53,231 nucleotides of DNA from a virus (IMGVR_UViG_3300039918_000043:1-53231); one strand, 5' to 3'; positions 34,423-44,523 are shown, numbered from the stretch's first letter. Numbers and translations are program-made. The notes: generated by a model from the sequence alone, not told the origin.

Positions 34423-35307
34423 ATGAGCGATAGACCCGCACCCTATCCACCCGAAACGCGATCCAAGGGATGGCGTTTCGAACTCGATCTCGAGCAGATT
34501 GACCAATCCGACACTTGGGCGCTTACACCCGCCGAAATTCGCCCATGGCTGCTAATGCTGTGGGCCGTGTCATGGCGCCAGACGCCCTGCGGCTCCCTAC
34601 CGGACAACGACGAACTGATCGCCGTGCGACTTGGCATGGATATCGATCTGTTCGCGAAGCATCGGGCCAAGCTGATGCGCGGCTGGTGGAAGGCTGATGA
34701 CGGCCGGCTGTATCACGACACGCTGATCAAGCGCGTCGCAGAGATGGTCGCGCTGCGGGACAAGGAAAAAAACCGTAAAGCCAAGTATCGCGCCGACAGA
34801 CTTGCGGAGGAATCCGCCCGGAAGGCTGTGGAAGATGCTAAGGCGTCCCTGCCTCATCCTAATTTGTCCCACGGGACAGACTATGGACAGCCGCGTGACT
34901 CCCATGGGATGGACGACACCAGTACCAGAACCAGTACCAGTACCTATATCTCTTCTATTCCTGACGGAATAGAAGGCGGCGAGCCGCCTGCAAAGACTGC
35001 CGAGCAGATGAACAAGGACGAGCTCTGGTCCGCTGGCAAGTCGCTGCTGCAGCAGTCCGGCATGCCAAAGGAGCAATGCGGCACCTTCGTGGGCAAGCTG
35101 GTCAAGGACTACGACCCGCAGATCGTGGTGGATGCCGTGCGGGCCGCGGTAGTTGAGCGGCCGGCAGATCCGGTTTCGTACCTCAAGGCGACCTGCCAGC
35201 GCATGAGCGGCGAGCGCCAACGCCCGAACAAGCAGGAAGCACTTGAAGCCAATAACCGCGCCGTAGCCGAGAAAGCCGCCGCCGAAATCCTTGGAACCAC
35301 GCAATGA
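34423..35307 (+). CDS. replication initiator (YdaU/DUF1376-like)
   Basis: LWAVSWRQTPCGSLPDND, DDGRLYH; C-terminal DPVSYL. Confidence 0.8.
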   Translation: MSDRPAPYPPETRSKGWRFELDLEQIDQSDTWALTPAEIRPWLLMLWAVSWRQTPCGSLPDNDELIAVRLGMDIDLFAKHRAKLMRGWWKADDGRLYHDTLIKRVAEMVALRDKEKNRKAKYRADRLAEESARKAVEDAKASLPHPNLSHGTDYGQPRDSHGMDDTSTRTSTSTYISSIPDGIEGGEPPAKTAEQMNKDELWSAGKSLLQQSGMPKEQCGTFVGKLVKDYDPQIVVDAVRAAVVERPADPVSYLKATCQRMSGERQRPNKQEALEANNRAVAEKAAAEILGTTQ

Positions 35308-35975
35308 CCCCGCAAGACGTAGCCTCCTTTTCCGCGCTGATCTCTGACGTGTACGCCTTCTATCGCCAGGATTCGTCGACGTTTGCCGTCAAGGTCTGGT
35401 GGCAGGCCATGCAGCCGTTCGAATTCACTGCTGTCGCTGATGCCCTGAACCGCCATTGCGTCAACCCGGACTCAGGGCAATTCATGCCCAAGCCAGCCGA
35501 CGTCGTGAAGATGCTGCAGGGTTCCACGCAGGACGCCGCGCTCGTGGCCTGGGCCAAGGTGGATCGCGCCGTGCGCACCGTCGGCACCTATCGCTCTGTC
35601 GTATTTGATGACCCGCTGATCCATCGCGTTATCACCGAAATGGGTGGATGGATCGAACTTGGTCGCAAGGAGGAGGACGAGTGGCCGTTCTTACGCAACG
35701 AGTTCGTGAACCGATACCGCGGTTACCGCATGCGCAGCGAGGTTCCTGACTACCCGCCGCACCTGATTGGCATGTCGGAGGCGCAGAACTCCAAGGCCGG
35801 ATTTCAGATCGAGCTGCCCTTGCTGCTCGGCGACCCCAAATCCGCTGAACTGGTGGCCAGACGCGGATCCAATGCGCCGCTACTGCAGATCACGAAGGCC
35901 GACCCCAAAACGCTGCTGCTTAGGGGTGCTCCTAAGCCCGGCGATGAAATCCCTCCACAAGCCTCTTCTTTTTGA
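35304..35975 (+). CDS. replication accessory protein (DUF6475-like)
   Basis: FMPKPADVV, SVVFDDPLIH...MGGW; follows initiator. Confidence 0.8.
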   Translation: MTPQDVASFSALISDVYAFYRQDSSTFAVKVWWQAMQPFEFTAVADALNRHCVNPDSGQFMPKPADVVKMLQGSTQDAALVAWAKVDRAVRTVGTYRSVVFDDPLIHRVITEMGGWIELGRKEEDEWPFLRNEFVNRYRGYRMRSEVPDYPPHLIGMSEAQNSKAGFQIELPLLLGDPKSAELVARRGSNAPLLQITKADPKTLLLRGAPKPGDEIPPQASSF

Positions 35976-35981
35976 CTATTA

Positions 35982-35997
35982 TGCTAACGTGTTAGCG
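35982..35997. promoter_or_regulatory. 16-bp operator
   Basis: TGCTAACGTGTTAGCG. Confidence 0.75.
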
Positions 35998-36016
35998 TTT
36001 CGTTTTGCTATTAGCC

Positions 36017-36217
36017 ATGCCGACCTGCATCACTTGCCAGAACTGCAACCTGAAAACCGACACCGCCATGGCGCGGCTCGGCTATGGCCATTGCGACCTG
36101 GACAAGCAAGCCGGTCTATTCCGCCCGTTTGACCGAGAGATCGAATGTAGCAGGTTCGAGCGGCTCCCTCGGGACCGCGAAGAAGCACGGCTCGAATGGG
36201 CCAAGGGTCGTCGGTGA
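36017..36217 (+). CDS. small Cys-rich protein
   Basis: CITCQNC...GHC...C. Confidence 0.7.
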   Translation: MPTCITCQNCNLKTDTAMARLGYGHCDLDKQAGLFRPFDREIECSRFERLPRDREEARLEWAKGRR

Positions 36218-36220
36218 GTC

Positions 36221-36727
36221 ATGGCTAAGAACAATCGTCCGCGCAAGCAGTACCGCCCGAAGCAGATCAACCCGACCGCGATCGTCGATGCGTTCGCGGC
36301 ACGTCTGCCGATGGCCACCGACAAGCAGCAGGACGTGTCGTTGGTTGCCCATCAGTCCCTGACGGCTCTCACGCAAGGCAAGGGCACCGAGTTCGACGCG
36401 GAGGCGCTAGCCGTCGCCATGAACCTGTCGATGCTGTTGACGGAGTTGGACGTAGGCAAGGAGTACATGGCGGTCGCGATAGCAGGTCAGGAAGCGGTGG
36501 TTCGCTGCCAGGCCCGCGCCGCGAACACCGGCAAGTGGGGATTGGACGGCCCTGCAATCGCGGCCATCGAGCTGGCGCTCGAACTGCACGACCAACAGGT
36601 CGAGATTGCTACGCAAGCACAGATGTCCGCTGCGATACGCGAGATGCACCGCCGGGCCGCGAATCCCGAATACGTGATGAGACTCGAAAAAGAGGAGAAG
36701 AAGACCGAATGCCATCCCCAGTCCTGA
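36221..36727 (+). CDS. hypothetical phage protein
   Basis: RKQYRPK N-terminus; LELHDQQVEIAT. Confidence 0.8.
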   Translation: MAKNNRPRKQYRPKQINPTAIVDAFAARLPMATDKQQDVSLVAHQSLTALTQGKGTEFDAEALAVAMNLSMLLTELDVGKEYMAVAIAGQEAVVRCQARAANTGKWGLDGPAIAAIELALELHDQQVEIATQAQMSAAIREMHRRAANPEYVMRLEKEEKKTECHPQS

Positions 36728-37062
36728 GAACCGCCAAGGCCGATCGCGCGCGCACTGTGCGACAGATCGAAATCGTCGATGCCTTGGTGTCGAATGCCGG
36801 CGAGCAATTCACGCTCGACGCCCTGGTCGCCCGCTTCGGCTCGACACCCGAGAAGCTGGGCAAGATCGCCAACCGTGCCGCCGAATCCGCCCTCCTCCGC
36901 AAGGGCCGCGACATTGCCGGTGAGATCGTCTACTGGGCTCCCACCATCAGTGAGCGCGAAGTCGAGCGCAACCGCCACAAGGGTGGCATCAAAGGCTACG
37001 AGGCCTACCTGTTCTCGCACTGGCGCATCGCCGAAGAAGCCCCGTTTGCGAGGTATGCATGA
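36709..37062 (+). CDS. winged-helix-like hypothetical protein
   Basis: GAGGAG upstream; operon context. Confidence 0.65.
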   Translation: MPSPVLRTAKADRARTVRQIEIVDALVSNAGEQFTLDALVARFGSTPEKLGKIANRAAESALLRKGRDIAGEIVYWAPTISEREVERNRHKGGIKGYEAYLFSHWRIAEEAPFARYA

Positions 37063-37367
37063 ACTCGACACACGACCAGTTCAGCAAACGATTCGCTACC
37101 GTGCGTTTCGTCATGGGCCTGGCCTTCCAGCAGCATTTCATCGGCCACGGCCGCAAGCCGGACACCGCTGACCGGATCATCCGCACGGCCGCGCGCGAGT
37201 TCAAGCGCAAGCGTCTGGACGTCCGCCTCGACCCGAATTCCGTGAAGTGGCTGGGCTGGACGGGCAACTACACAGGCCTGGAGATCATCGCGCGCATTGA
37301 CGGCGTCGAGCAGAAGATCGTCATGGACACGGCCCTAGCCGCTCGGCGGATGAGAGGTGAGGCATGA
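37059..37367 (+). CDS. hypothetical protein
   Basis: GAGGT RBS; ATGA coupling. Confidence 0.7.
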   Translation: MNSTHDQFSKRFATVRFVMGLAFQQHFIGHGRKPDTADRIIRTAAREFKRKRLDVRLDPNSVKWLGWTGNYTGLEIIARIDGVEQKIVMDTALAARRMRGEA

Positions 37368-37819
37368 CGATCCTTGCCATTGACCCAGGCACCACGGAAA
37401 GCGGTTGGTGCGTCTACCACCCCGAGAGAGGCATCTTGGGTGCCGGCGTAAAGCCGAACGACCTCATCCTGGACGAGATCCAGCACACGCCGGCCGAAGA
37501 TCTGGCAATCGAGATGATTGCCTCATACGGCATGGCCGTAGGCCGCGAAGTCTTTGAGACCTGCGTCTGGATAGGCCGTATGGTCGAGCGCTTCCGCGCC
37601 CCCGCCAATGTCAGGCTCGTGTATCGCCGAGACGTGAAGTTGCACCTGTGCGGCAGCCCGCGCGCCAAGGACCAGAACATCCGCCAAGCACTGATCGACC
37701 TGATCGGCCCCCAGGGCACCAAGAAGCAGCCTGGGCCGACCTACGGAGTCAAGTCGCACGCATGGGCTGCGCTGGGCGTGGCCGTAACGGCTGCGCACCA
37801 GATGAAGGCGGCGACGTGA
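37364..37819 (+). CDS. RuvC-like Holliday junction resolvase
   Basis: ILAIDPG, AIEM, K-x7-AKD pattern. Confidence 0.8.
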   Translation: MTILAIDPGTTESGWCVYHPERGILGAGVKPNDLILDEIQHTPAEDLAIEMIASYGMAVGREVFETCVWIGRMVERFRAPANVRLVYRRDVKLHLCGSPRAKDQNIRQALIDLIGPQGTKKQPGPTYGVKSHAWAALGVAVTAAHQMKAAT

Positions 37820-38010
37820 CAGAGCCACTGATCGCCCTCCCCCACGTCGAGCAAGAAGGCGCCGCCGCATTCGAGCACGGCAAAGCCATGTGCATGCATG
37901 CCATGCCGAAGGGCTTCGCATTCAACCCCTACCCGATCGGCACGGTTCTTCATGCCAATTGGCTGACCGGGTACGCCGGCGCCTGGCGGGCGGACGGTAA
38001 GCGGAAGTGA
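37816..38010 (+). CDS. small Rmf/CrpP-like protein
   Basis: EGAAAF...NPY...W..GY pattern; GTGA coupling. Confidence 0.55.
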   Translation: MTEPLIALPHVEQEGAAAFEHGKAMCMHAMPKGFAFNPYPIGTVLHANWLTGYAGAWRADGKRK

Positions 38011-38056
38011 TTACAACGAATACGTTGTAAATCCACAATACAACCTTTGTGATGTA
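38011..38056. promoter_or_regulatory. tandem TACAAC-N6-GTTGTA palindromes
   Basis: TTACAACGAATACGTTGTAA (38011-38030) and TACAACCTTTGTGATGTA (38039-38056). Confidence 0.6.
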
Positions 38057-38065
38057 AGGAGCGCC

Positions 38066-38314
38066 ATGAAAAAGAACATCGCAGTCGCTGTCACCTTGGT
38101 CGCTATCGGCTTCCTGCTCGGCTTCGGCCTGAAGTTGCTTCTGTGGATCGTGCTCATTGTCGGCATCGCCCTCGCTGTGGGCTGGACCCTGACCGCCGGC
38201 GGCAAGTTGGGCGAGGACGACATCGAGGAGGTGTTCCCCGACCAGCCGGACAGAGCGCCGGAAGCCCGCCACGAGTGGCGCAATAACAGCGCCAAGGCTC
38301 CGCACGCAGACTAA
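38066..38314 (+). CDS. small membrane protein
   Basis: AAGGAG RBS; two TM segments. Confidence 0.7.
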   Translation: MKKNIAVAVTLVAIGFLLGFGLKLLLWIVLIVGIALAVGWTLTAGGKLGEDDIEEVFPDQPDRAPEARHEWRNNSAKAPHAD

Positions 38315-38787
38315 TGGCCAAGGTCACACTCGAACGCGCGGAGACGGGCAAGTTGGATGGCTTGTCAGATGCCGACAAGCGCGCGTACGGCAGATTTCGC
38401 AAGGCCATCGAACGAATGGCGCCAGGCGACACGCTGGCATTCGAGTTCAAGCTGCCTCGCAGCCCGGTTTTTCACCGAAGGCACTTCGCGATCCTTGGCG
38501 CCGTCTTCGACGCTCAGGACCAGTTCACGGACCGCGATCAGATGCGATGCTGGCTCCAGGTTGGCGCAGGGCACTGCGAGTACGTCCCGGCAGCGGATGG
38601 CGGCCTCATCGCCATGCCAAAGTCGGTCGCTTACGACGCGCTAGACGACGTCGAGTTTGCGGAGCATCACCGGAGCGTCATCGCATTCCTGCGCGAGCCG
38701 CACGCCTACCAGTTCCTGTGGCCGCAGATGTCAGCCGCTGGCGCGGAGGGGATGGTCGAGTCCATTCTTGCGGAGTTCGAGCGATGA
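38314..38787 (+). CDS. DUF1367-like nin-region protein
   Basis: PRSPVFHRRHFA...PKSVAYDALD...F. Confidence 0.8.
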   Translation: MAKVTLERAETGKLDGLSDADKRAYGRFRKAIERMAPGDTLAFEFKLPRSPVFHRRHFAILGAVFDAQDQFTDRDQMRCWLQVGAGHCEYVPAADGGLIAMPKSVAYDALDDVEFAEHHRSVIAFLREPHAYQFLWPQMSAAGAEGMVESILAEFER

Positions 38788-39071
38788 GCCTCATTCACAT
38801 TTCAGTAGGCGGCCCTGACAGAACCATCGTCGATGAGGAGGGCAAGCGGCATCGGTTCGAGATGCACCCGTATTTCGGCCCAATTGTGCTCACAGCCAAC
38901 GGTGACGTGGCGAAGAAACAGCCTGGCGAGAGAGCCTCGTTCTGGCGCGCGGTCAACTGGTGGTGTGATCAAGGCCAGCAGATCGACGCCGCCGGCCTGT
39001 GCATCTGGTCAAAACCGCCGGAGCCCAAGCTCCTGCATCTTGGCGGCCGGCATTACAAGGTGATCCGCTGA
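38784..39071 (+). CDS. hypothetical protein
   Basis: FEMHPYFGP...FWRAVNWW; coupled start. Confidence 0.7.
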   Translation: MSLIHISVGGPDRTIVDEEGKRHRFEMHPYFGPIVLTANGDVAKKQPGERASFWRAVNWWCDQGQQIDAAGLCIWSKPPEPKLLHLGGRHYKVIR

Positions 39072-39367
39072 TGTCCAAGATCCGCAAGTCTGCCAACGGG
39101 AAGGACTGCCAGGTCCGAATCGCCGGCGTCTGCACCTTCGACCCCGCCCATACGATTTGGTCGCACTACCGGGGATCGGCCGGCGGCAAGGGCATGAGCA
39201 TCAAGGCGCTCGACCTGTGCGGCGCCTACGCCTGCACGGCATGCGACGCCGTCTATGACGGCCAACGCCCGCGCCCTGCCGGCATGACAAAAGAAGAAGT
39301 CGATTTGGACTGGATGACCGGCCATATCCGCTCGCTCGTGATCCTGACGCGCGAAGGGCTGATCTGA
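39071..39367 (+). CDS. DUF1364/YbcO-like nuclease-fold protein
   Basis: KIRKSANGKDCQVRIAGVC...GAYACTACDAVYDG. Confidence 0.85.
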   Translation: MSKIRKSANGKDCQVRIAGVCTFDPAHTIWSHYRGSAGGKGMSIKALDLCGAYACTACDAVYDGQRPRPAGMTKEEVDLDWMTGHIRSLVILTREGLI

Positions 39368-39395
39368 GCCACATACAACAACCGGGGAGAGATCA

Positions 39396-39911
39396 ATGAA
39401 ATTCCGAGACACCGACGCCGTTCTGCGCCATGCCTACGCCATGGAGCAAATCCCAATCTGCAAGGTATCCGACGCCCAGCGCGCCATGGCCGGCGCCAGC
39501 GCAACCAACAAGGGAGCCGACGGCGCCCTGTCGCCGCTGGATCAGCACGCCCAGGCGGCGATGATCCGGAACCACGTCAACAACCTCCCTCCCCTCTCCC
39601 GCGCCTACGGCTGGGCGATGTTCTCCTGGTCGGACGAGCGCGCTAACGCATTAGCCGTGTTGGATGCCCACGTCGCGCGCGAGACGAAGATCGCCAACAA
39701 CCGGATGCGCTCGCTTCTTGTCCGGCGGTACGTCGACATCGGCCGCAAGAACCGACCGACGCACGAGCTCATCGCGACCAAATCCAGCGTGCACAAGCGG
39801 ACCGTCCAACGCTACGAGACCCCAGTGAACGAGGCTATCGACGTCATCCGCGCGCGCTTCTACGAAATCCTCGACGAGGACTTCGGGAGATCTGGCCTGA
39901 TCCGCCTCTAA
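39396..39911 (+). CDS. putative late regulator (Q-like antiterminator)
   Basis: End of nin-like block; C-terminal HTH; LSPLDQHAQAAMI motif. Confidence 0.55.
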   Translation: MKFRDTDAVLRHAYAMEQIPICKVSDAQRAMAGASATNKGADGALSPLDQHAQAAMIRNHVNNLPPLSRAYGWAMFSWSDERANALAVLDAHVARETKIANNRMRSLLVRRYVDIGRKNRPTHELIATKSSVHKRTVQRYETPVNEAIDVIRARFYEILDEDFGRSGLIRL

Positions 39912-39918
39912 ATATTCT

Positions 39919-39975
39919 TGCTAACGTTCTTGCACACACGTTATCCGTTTGCTACAGTGTGCACATACGTTAGCA
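39919..39975 (+). promoter_or_regulatory. promoter flanked by two 16-bp operators
   Basis: TTGCAC-17-TACAGT; TGCTAACGTTCTTGCA and TGCACATACGTTAGCA. Confidence 0.8.
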
Positions 39976-39990
39976 AAACGGGAGCGCGAG

Positions 39991-40302
39991 ATGATCAGAA
40001 AGACCAAGCAATCGTGGGAAGTCGGTCAACAGGTAAAGGTTGGTTTCCTGGCCGGCCTGACGGTCATCGCCGCCGTCGCTACCCCGGGCGACTACGCACC
40101 TGACGCCTACGTGCTGCTGCGTGGCGGGCAGTTCTACAGCTTTGTCCCCCACAACGGTCTTTCGAAGATCTCAGCCGACGAGGCGCGCGCCATGGTCGCC
40201 GAAGGCAAGCGCCAGCGGGAAATCGTCGCTGCCTGCGCCGCCAAGCAAGCCGCTGGCGCCATCGCCGCCGCGAAGCTGGCCGCCGAACTGATGGCTGCTT
40301 GA
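39991..40302 (+). CDS. hypothetical phage protein
   Basis: GGAG RBS; WEVGQQVKVGFL...FVPHNGL. Confidence 0.8.
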   Translation: MIRKTKQSWEVGQQVKVGFLAGLTVIAAVATPGDYAPDAYVLLRGGQFYSFVPHNGLSKISADEARAMVAEGKRQREIVAACAAKQAAGAIAAAKLAAELMAA

Positions 40303-40312
40303 GGAGCCCACC

Positions 40313-40624
40313 ATGGACCGCTACCAAGCCGAAGACCAAATCGAACACGACCTCCGCGCCGGCGCGATCGAGGAATACGTCGACGGCGATACCGCACTGG
40401 AAGTGCTGGGCGAACTGGTAAAGCTGTTCAACTCCCGCGCCAAGCCGGGCGTTCCGCTGTTCGAGCACCTCCGCCAGGTGAACATCGCCATCGCCGGCAA
40501 GCTGTCGCAGTTCACCGAGCAAGTCATCGCCGACAACGTCGAATTCGTGATTACGGCCGCCGCCGAAGATCGCCGCCACGCCCGCTCCGACTACCGCGAG
40601 TTGGTCGCAGAACACCTCCACTGA
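40313..40624 (+). CDS. hypothetical protein
   Basis: GAGGAG RBS. Confidence 0.75.
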   Translation: MDRYQAEDQIEHDLRAGAIEEYVDGDTALEVLGELVKLFNSRAKPGVPLFEHLRQVNIAIAGKLSQFTEQVIADNVEFVITAAAEDRRHARSDYRELVAEHLH

Positions 40625-40692
40625 CAACCCCTTTGCGGCGCCCTAACACCCCCGCGGGGCGTCGCCTTTCTATTCCACACTGAGCCTGCCAA

Positions 40693-42501
40693 ATGATCAG
40701 AGATCAGTTTCTCTTGGATATTGCCCCCGAGATCATTGTCGACAACTTCGCCGGCGGCGGCGGAGCAAGCTGCGGTATCGAACTTGCACTCGGCCGTCAC
40801 GTAGACATCGCCATCAACCACGATCCCGAAGCCGTGTTCATGCACGCCATGAACCATCCTCAAACTGAGCATCACTGCGAAAGCGTCTGGGATGTGGATC
40901 CACTGGATTTGGTGCAGGGGCGCCCTGTTGGTCTCGCCTGGTTCAGCCCGGACTGCAAGCACTTCAGCAAAGCTAAGGGCGGGAAGCCGCGCGACAAGAA
41001 GATTCGCGGCCTGGCTTGGGTTGCCATGCGCTGGGCGGCGCTGGTTCGGCCGCGCGTGATCATGCTCGAAAACGTCGAAGAATTTCAGACGTGGGGCCCC
41101 GTCCTCGATGACGGCACGCCTTGCCAGAAGCGCAAAGGCGACACATTTCGCTCGTTTGTGCGCCAGCTGCAGGAGAAAGGCTACGCGGTCGAATGGCGTG
41201 AACTGCGCGCCTGCGACTTCGGCGCGCCGACCATCCGCAAGCGCCTGTTCCTAATCGCTCGCTGCGACGGGCAACCCATCGTATGGCCGGAGCCGACGCA
41301 TGGATCTCCGACCAGCGCCGCGGTAAAGGCGAAGCGACTCAAACCGTGGCGGACGGCCGCCGAGTGCATTGACTGGTCGATTCCCTGCCCGTCCATCTTC
41401 GAACGAGCTAGGCCGCTGGCCGAAGCCACGCAGCGTCGGATTGCAAGGGGCCTGCGCCGCTATGTCATCGACACTGCCGACCCGTTCATCATCGGCATCG
41501 ACCATCGCGGCTCTGGCGCTTCGGCAGTTTGGCCCGACACCCAGCCGATCACAACCATCACCGCCGAGGCCCGGCACGCCGTTGTGGCCCCGCACCTGAC
41601 AAAGTTCCGAACCGGCTCTACCGGCGCCGACCTGCGCACACCGATGCCGACGATCACCGCTGGCCCAAAGGAAAATCCGGCCGGCGCGCCTCACGCCCTT
41701 GGCATCATTGCGCCGACGCTCGTGCAGACCGGGTACGGTGAGCGCGCAGGTCAGGCGCCGCGTGCCCCGGGCCTCGACAAGCCGCTTGGTACGGTGGTCG
41801 CCGGAGGCGCCAAGCATGCGCTGGTGGGAGCATTCCTCGCCAAACACTACGGCGGCAACTACGAGGGGCCCGGCGTCTCTCTGACCGATCCGGCCAGCAC
41901 CATCACGACCACGGACCACCACGCCCTGGTATCTGCCCAGTTGGTCGGCTGCGGGGGCCGCGCCGGCCAGAGCCGCCCGCGCGACGCAAGCGAACCGATG
42001 CAGACCATCACCGCCAAAGGCGATACCGCGATCACGACATCGCACCTGGGGAAGCTGCGCGGGCAGTGCACGGGCAGCGCAACCGGCGAGCCGGTACCGA
42101 CGATCTCGGCCCAAGGCAACCACATCGGTGAAGTCCGCGCCTTCTTGGTCAAATACTACAGCGAGGGCGGGCAGGATCAGGATTGCCGAGACCCGATGCA
42201 CACCATCCCGACGAAGGACCGGCTGGGGCTCGTCACGGTCGCCGGAGAGCAATACCAGATCGCCGACATCGGCATGCGCATGCTGGAGCCGCACGAACTC
42301 TACGCCGCGCAGGGCTTCCCATCTACCTACGTGATCGCGCCAATCATGGCCAATGGCAAGCCGCTGCCTAAGCATGCCCAGGTGCGTATGTGCGGCAACA
42401 GCGTCAGCCCGCCGATGGCGGCCGCCCTGGTGCGCGCGAACGTGCCGGACATGGCGAGCTGGTCGGCGACAGAGAAGAAGGCTATCAAGGAGGCAGCATG
42501 A
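40693..42501 (+). CDS. DNA (cytosine-5) methyltransferase
   Basis: FAGGGG, SPDC, ENVEEF, RKRLF, GNSV motifs. Confidence 0.95.
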   Translation: MIRDQFLLDIAPEIIVDNFAGGGGASCGIELALGRHVDIAINHDPEAVFMHAMNHPQTEHHCESVWDVDPLDLVQGRPVGLAWFSPDCKHFSKAKGGKPRDKKIRGLAWVAMRWAALVRPRVIMLENVEEFQTWGPVLDDGTPCQKRKGDTFRSFVRQLQEKGYAVEWRELRACDFGAPTIRKRLFLIARCDGQPIVWPEPTHGSPTSAAVKAKRLKPWRTAAECIDWSIPCPSIFERARPLAEATQRRIARGLRRYVIDTADPFIIGIDHRGSGASAVWPDTQPITTITAEARHAVVAPHLTKFRTGSTGADLRTPMPTITAGPKENPAGAPHALGIIAPTLVQTGYGERAGQAPRAPGLDKPLGTVVAGGAKHALVGAFLAKHYGGNYEGPGVSLTDPASTITTTDHHALVSAQLVGCGGRAGQSRPRDASEPMQTITAKGDTAITTSHLGKLRGQCTGSATGEPVPTISAQGNHIGEVRAFLVKYYSEGGQDQDCRDPMHTIPTKDRLGLVTVAGEQYQIADIGMRMLEPHELYAAQGFPSTYVIAPIMANGKPLPKHAQVRMCGNSVSPPMAAALVRANVPDMASWSATEKKAIKEAA

Positions 42502-42803
42502 CCCAAAAGCTCTTCATCGTCGAAATCAGCACCGTGGCTATCGTGGCCGGGAAGGATGAGGCCGATGCTCACTGCAATGCCCGCTATCGCATGAGCGACA
42601 TCATCGGCGATGCCGATCCGGAGATCGACGTCGCTGGCGAGGTCAAGAGTCTTGCCGGTCTCCCGGATGGCTGGGATGGGGACGCCTACCCGTACTGCGG
42701 AGACGGTGAAACTCCCTTGAAAGGCCTTCTGCCCGAGGAAGAGCCGACCCGCGACACCAGGACTATCGACATGTTCGAGGCGCAGACTGGAGAAGCCGCA
42801 TGA
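42498..42803 (+). CDS. hypothetical protein
   Basis: GGAGG RBS; ATGA coupling; RDTRTIDMF end. Confidence 0.75.
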   Translation: MTQKLFIVEISTVAIVAGKDEADAHCNARYRMSDIIGDADPEIDVAGEVKSLAGLPDGWDGDAYPYCGDGETPLKGLLPEEEPTRDTRTIDMFEAQTGEAA

Positions 42804-43408
42804 AACCCCTGAAGGCATACGAGGTATACGACGGCGGCGACAACTGGGCAATCGTGTTCGCCACCAATTCGGCCACCGCCCGCCGCGAGGGCGCCAACGA
42901 GTGCAACTGCGACTGGGAGGACGTGGACCATTGCAGGCGGCGCCCAGCACTCGACGAATTCGCCCCGGGGCCCGTCCCGCCGCTTGCGCTCATCGCGCAG
43001 GGCTGGCACTACGAGTGCTTTCACTGCGGTTGCCGGGTTGACGACGACATGTACGACGTCGAGCCCGATCCGCACTTCGATACTTGCTCCGAATCCGCGC
43101 CGGTGGAGCGCGGACAGTTCGTCTATTGCAGCAAGTCCTGCGCAGCAATCGACGCCGCCCGCCGGCGCGGACGACGGGCCGCAGAGGGAGCGCTAATCGA
43201 ACTCGTGGAGACTAAGTATCCCGGCTCAGTGGCGACGCATGTCCATGTCTACGGCGATCGCATCGAACAGCACGACGGACACTGCTCCGCAACCTTCACG
43301 TTTCCTGGCGGAAAGCACGCCGCCACCTGGAGGCTGGGCGACGGCATTTGGGTGTCTCAATGCGATCAGGACGCGTGGGCGGCATATCGCGGCGATGCGG
43401 AGGAGTAA
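42800..43408 (+). CDS. Cys-rich hypothetical protein
   Basis: GWHYECFHCG, YCSKSC. Confidence 0.8.
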   Translation: MKPLKAYEVYDGGDNWAIVFATNSATARREGANECNCDWEDVDHCRRRPALDEFAPGPVPPLALIAQGWHYECFHCGCRVDDDMYDVEPDPHFDTCSESAPVERGQFVYCSKSCAAIDAARRRGRRAAEGALIELVETKYPGSVATHVHVYGDRIEQHDGHCSATFTFPGGKHAATWRLGDGIWVSQCDQDAWAAYRGDAEE

Positions 43409-43410
43409 TC

Positions 43411-43779
43411 ATGCTGAGCATCCGCCTACCCCGCCCCGCAGAAATGGATGACGCCCCTCCGCCTGCCAATAGCGCCAAGCGCTCTAAGGTGGCGATCATC
43501 GTCTACAAGTGCCCTGAGTGTTTTGAAGAACACGACGATGAAGACGATGCCGTCGAGTGTTGCGCCGACGTGGAAGAACCGGAGCGCGACCTTGCCCAGG
43601 CATGCTGCCCACAATGCGGCAAAACATACGAAACCATCGAAAGCGCCGTGGACTGCTGCATGTGGCTTACGCACAGCCCTGCGCAGCGCTGGGAATTGGC
43701 TCGCCAACTCCGGATGTTTGGCTACCTGCTGGATAGCGCGCTGGTCGGCGTCGTGACGGAGGGGGCAAGCAATGCCTGA
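43411..43779 (+). CDS. zinc-finger-like protein
   Basis: CPEC...ECC and CPQC...DCC; GGAGGAG RBS. Confidence 0.75.
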   Translation: MLSIRLPRPAEMDDAPPPANSAKRSKVAIIVYKCPECFEEHDDEDDAVECCADVEEPERDLAQACCPQCGKTYETIESAVDCCMWLTHSPAQRWELARQLRMFGYLLDSALVGVVTEGASNA

Positions 43780-44074
43780 CGAAGACGGATACCCAGAAGA
43801 TGATGAACTGAAGCAGATCGCCGAATGGCCTTGGCAAGACATCCCATCAATGCTGGCATTCGTGCTGGGCCTTTGGTGGTGCCCGGACTTTGGTTGGCAC
43901 CTAGAGGGCGACAAACTCAAGTTGTCCACCGGAGGATGGTCTGGCAACGAAAGCCTGATATCCGCCATGCAACAGAACAGCATGTTCTGGACGCTATGCT
44001 GGGAATCTTCGCGGCGAGGTGGCCACTACGAGTTTGACTTGTCTCCTCTCAGGAGAATGGGAGAGAAGGGATGA
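43772..44074 (+). CDS. hypothetical phage protein
   Basis: DEDGYP...STGGWSGNE...RGGHYEF. Confidence 0.8.
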   Translation: MPDEDGYPEDDELKQIAEWPWQDIPSMLAFVLGLWWCPDFGWHLEGDKLKLSTGGWSGNESLISAMQQNSMFWTLCWESSRRGGHYEFDLSPLRRMGEKG

Positions 44075-44523
44075 CCGCCCTCACCCCCTGGAACCCATCC
44101 CGCCGCGCCGTGGCGCGCGTGAAGACGCCCCTTCCGGCGCCGACGCACTGCCGCTACTGCGGCGCCCGCGTCTCGATCGTCAACAACAGCGATATCTACG
44201 GAAAGCCGCACGGCGACTGGCCGTGGGTATTCATCTGCGGCAACCGGCTATGCGGTGCCTACGTTGACATGTACGCCGGAACCGGCATCCCGAAGGGAAC
44301 GCTGGCCGATTCCCCGACGCGCCAGGCACGGGGCTGGGCCAGCCAGTTGTTCAACTCGATCTGGCAGAGCGGCTACATGACAAAGGCGGCCGCCCGAGCT
44401 TGGTTGGCTGACCAGCTAGCCATTCCCGAGGCCGAGTGCGAGATCGGGCGGTTCGATGTGCCGGAATGCCACCGGGTGAGGACGGCTTGCTTGGAGTTGG
44501 CGAGGGGCGTGAGGGCCTTATAG
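44071..44523 (+). CDS. DUF3268 zinc-finger protein
   Basis: CRYCG...C...CGAYV...PKGTLAD...WLADQL. Confidence 0.85.
   Translation: MTALTPWNPSRRAVARVKTPLPAPTHCRYCGARVSIVNNSDIYGKPHGDWPWVFICGNRLCGAYVDMYAGTGIPKGTLADSPTRQARGWASQLFNSIWQSGYMTKAAARAWLADQLAIPEAECEIGRFDVPECHRVRTACLELARGVRAL

Noticed and set aside
41251-42375. 374-aa minus-strand ORF
   Set aside because: Shadow of the methyltransferase
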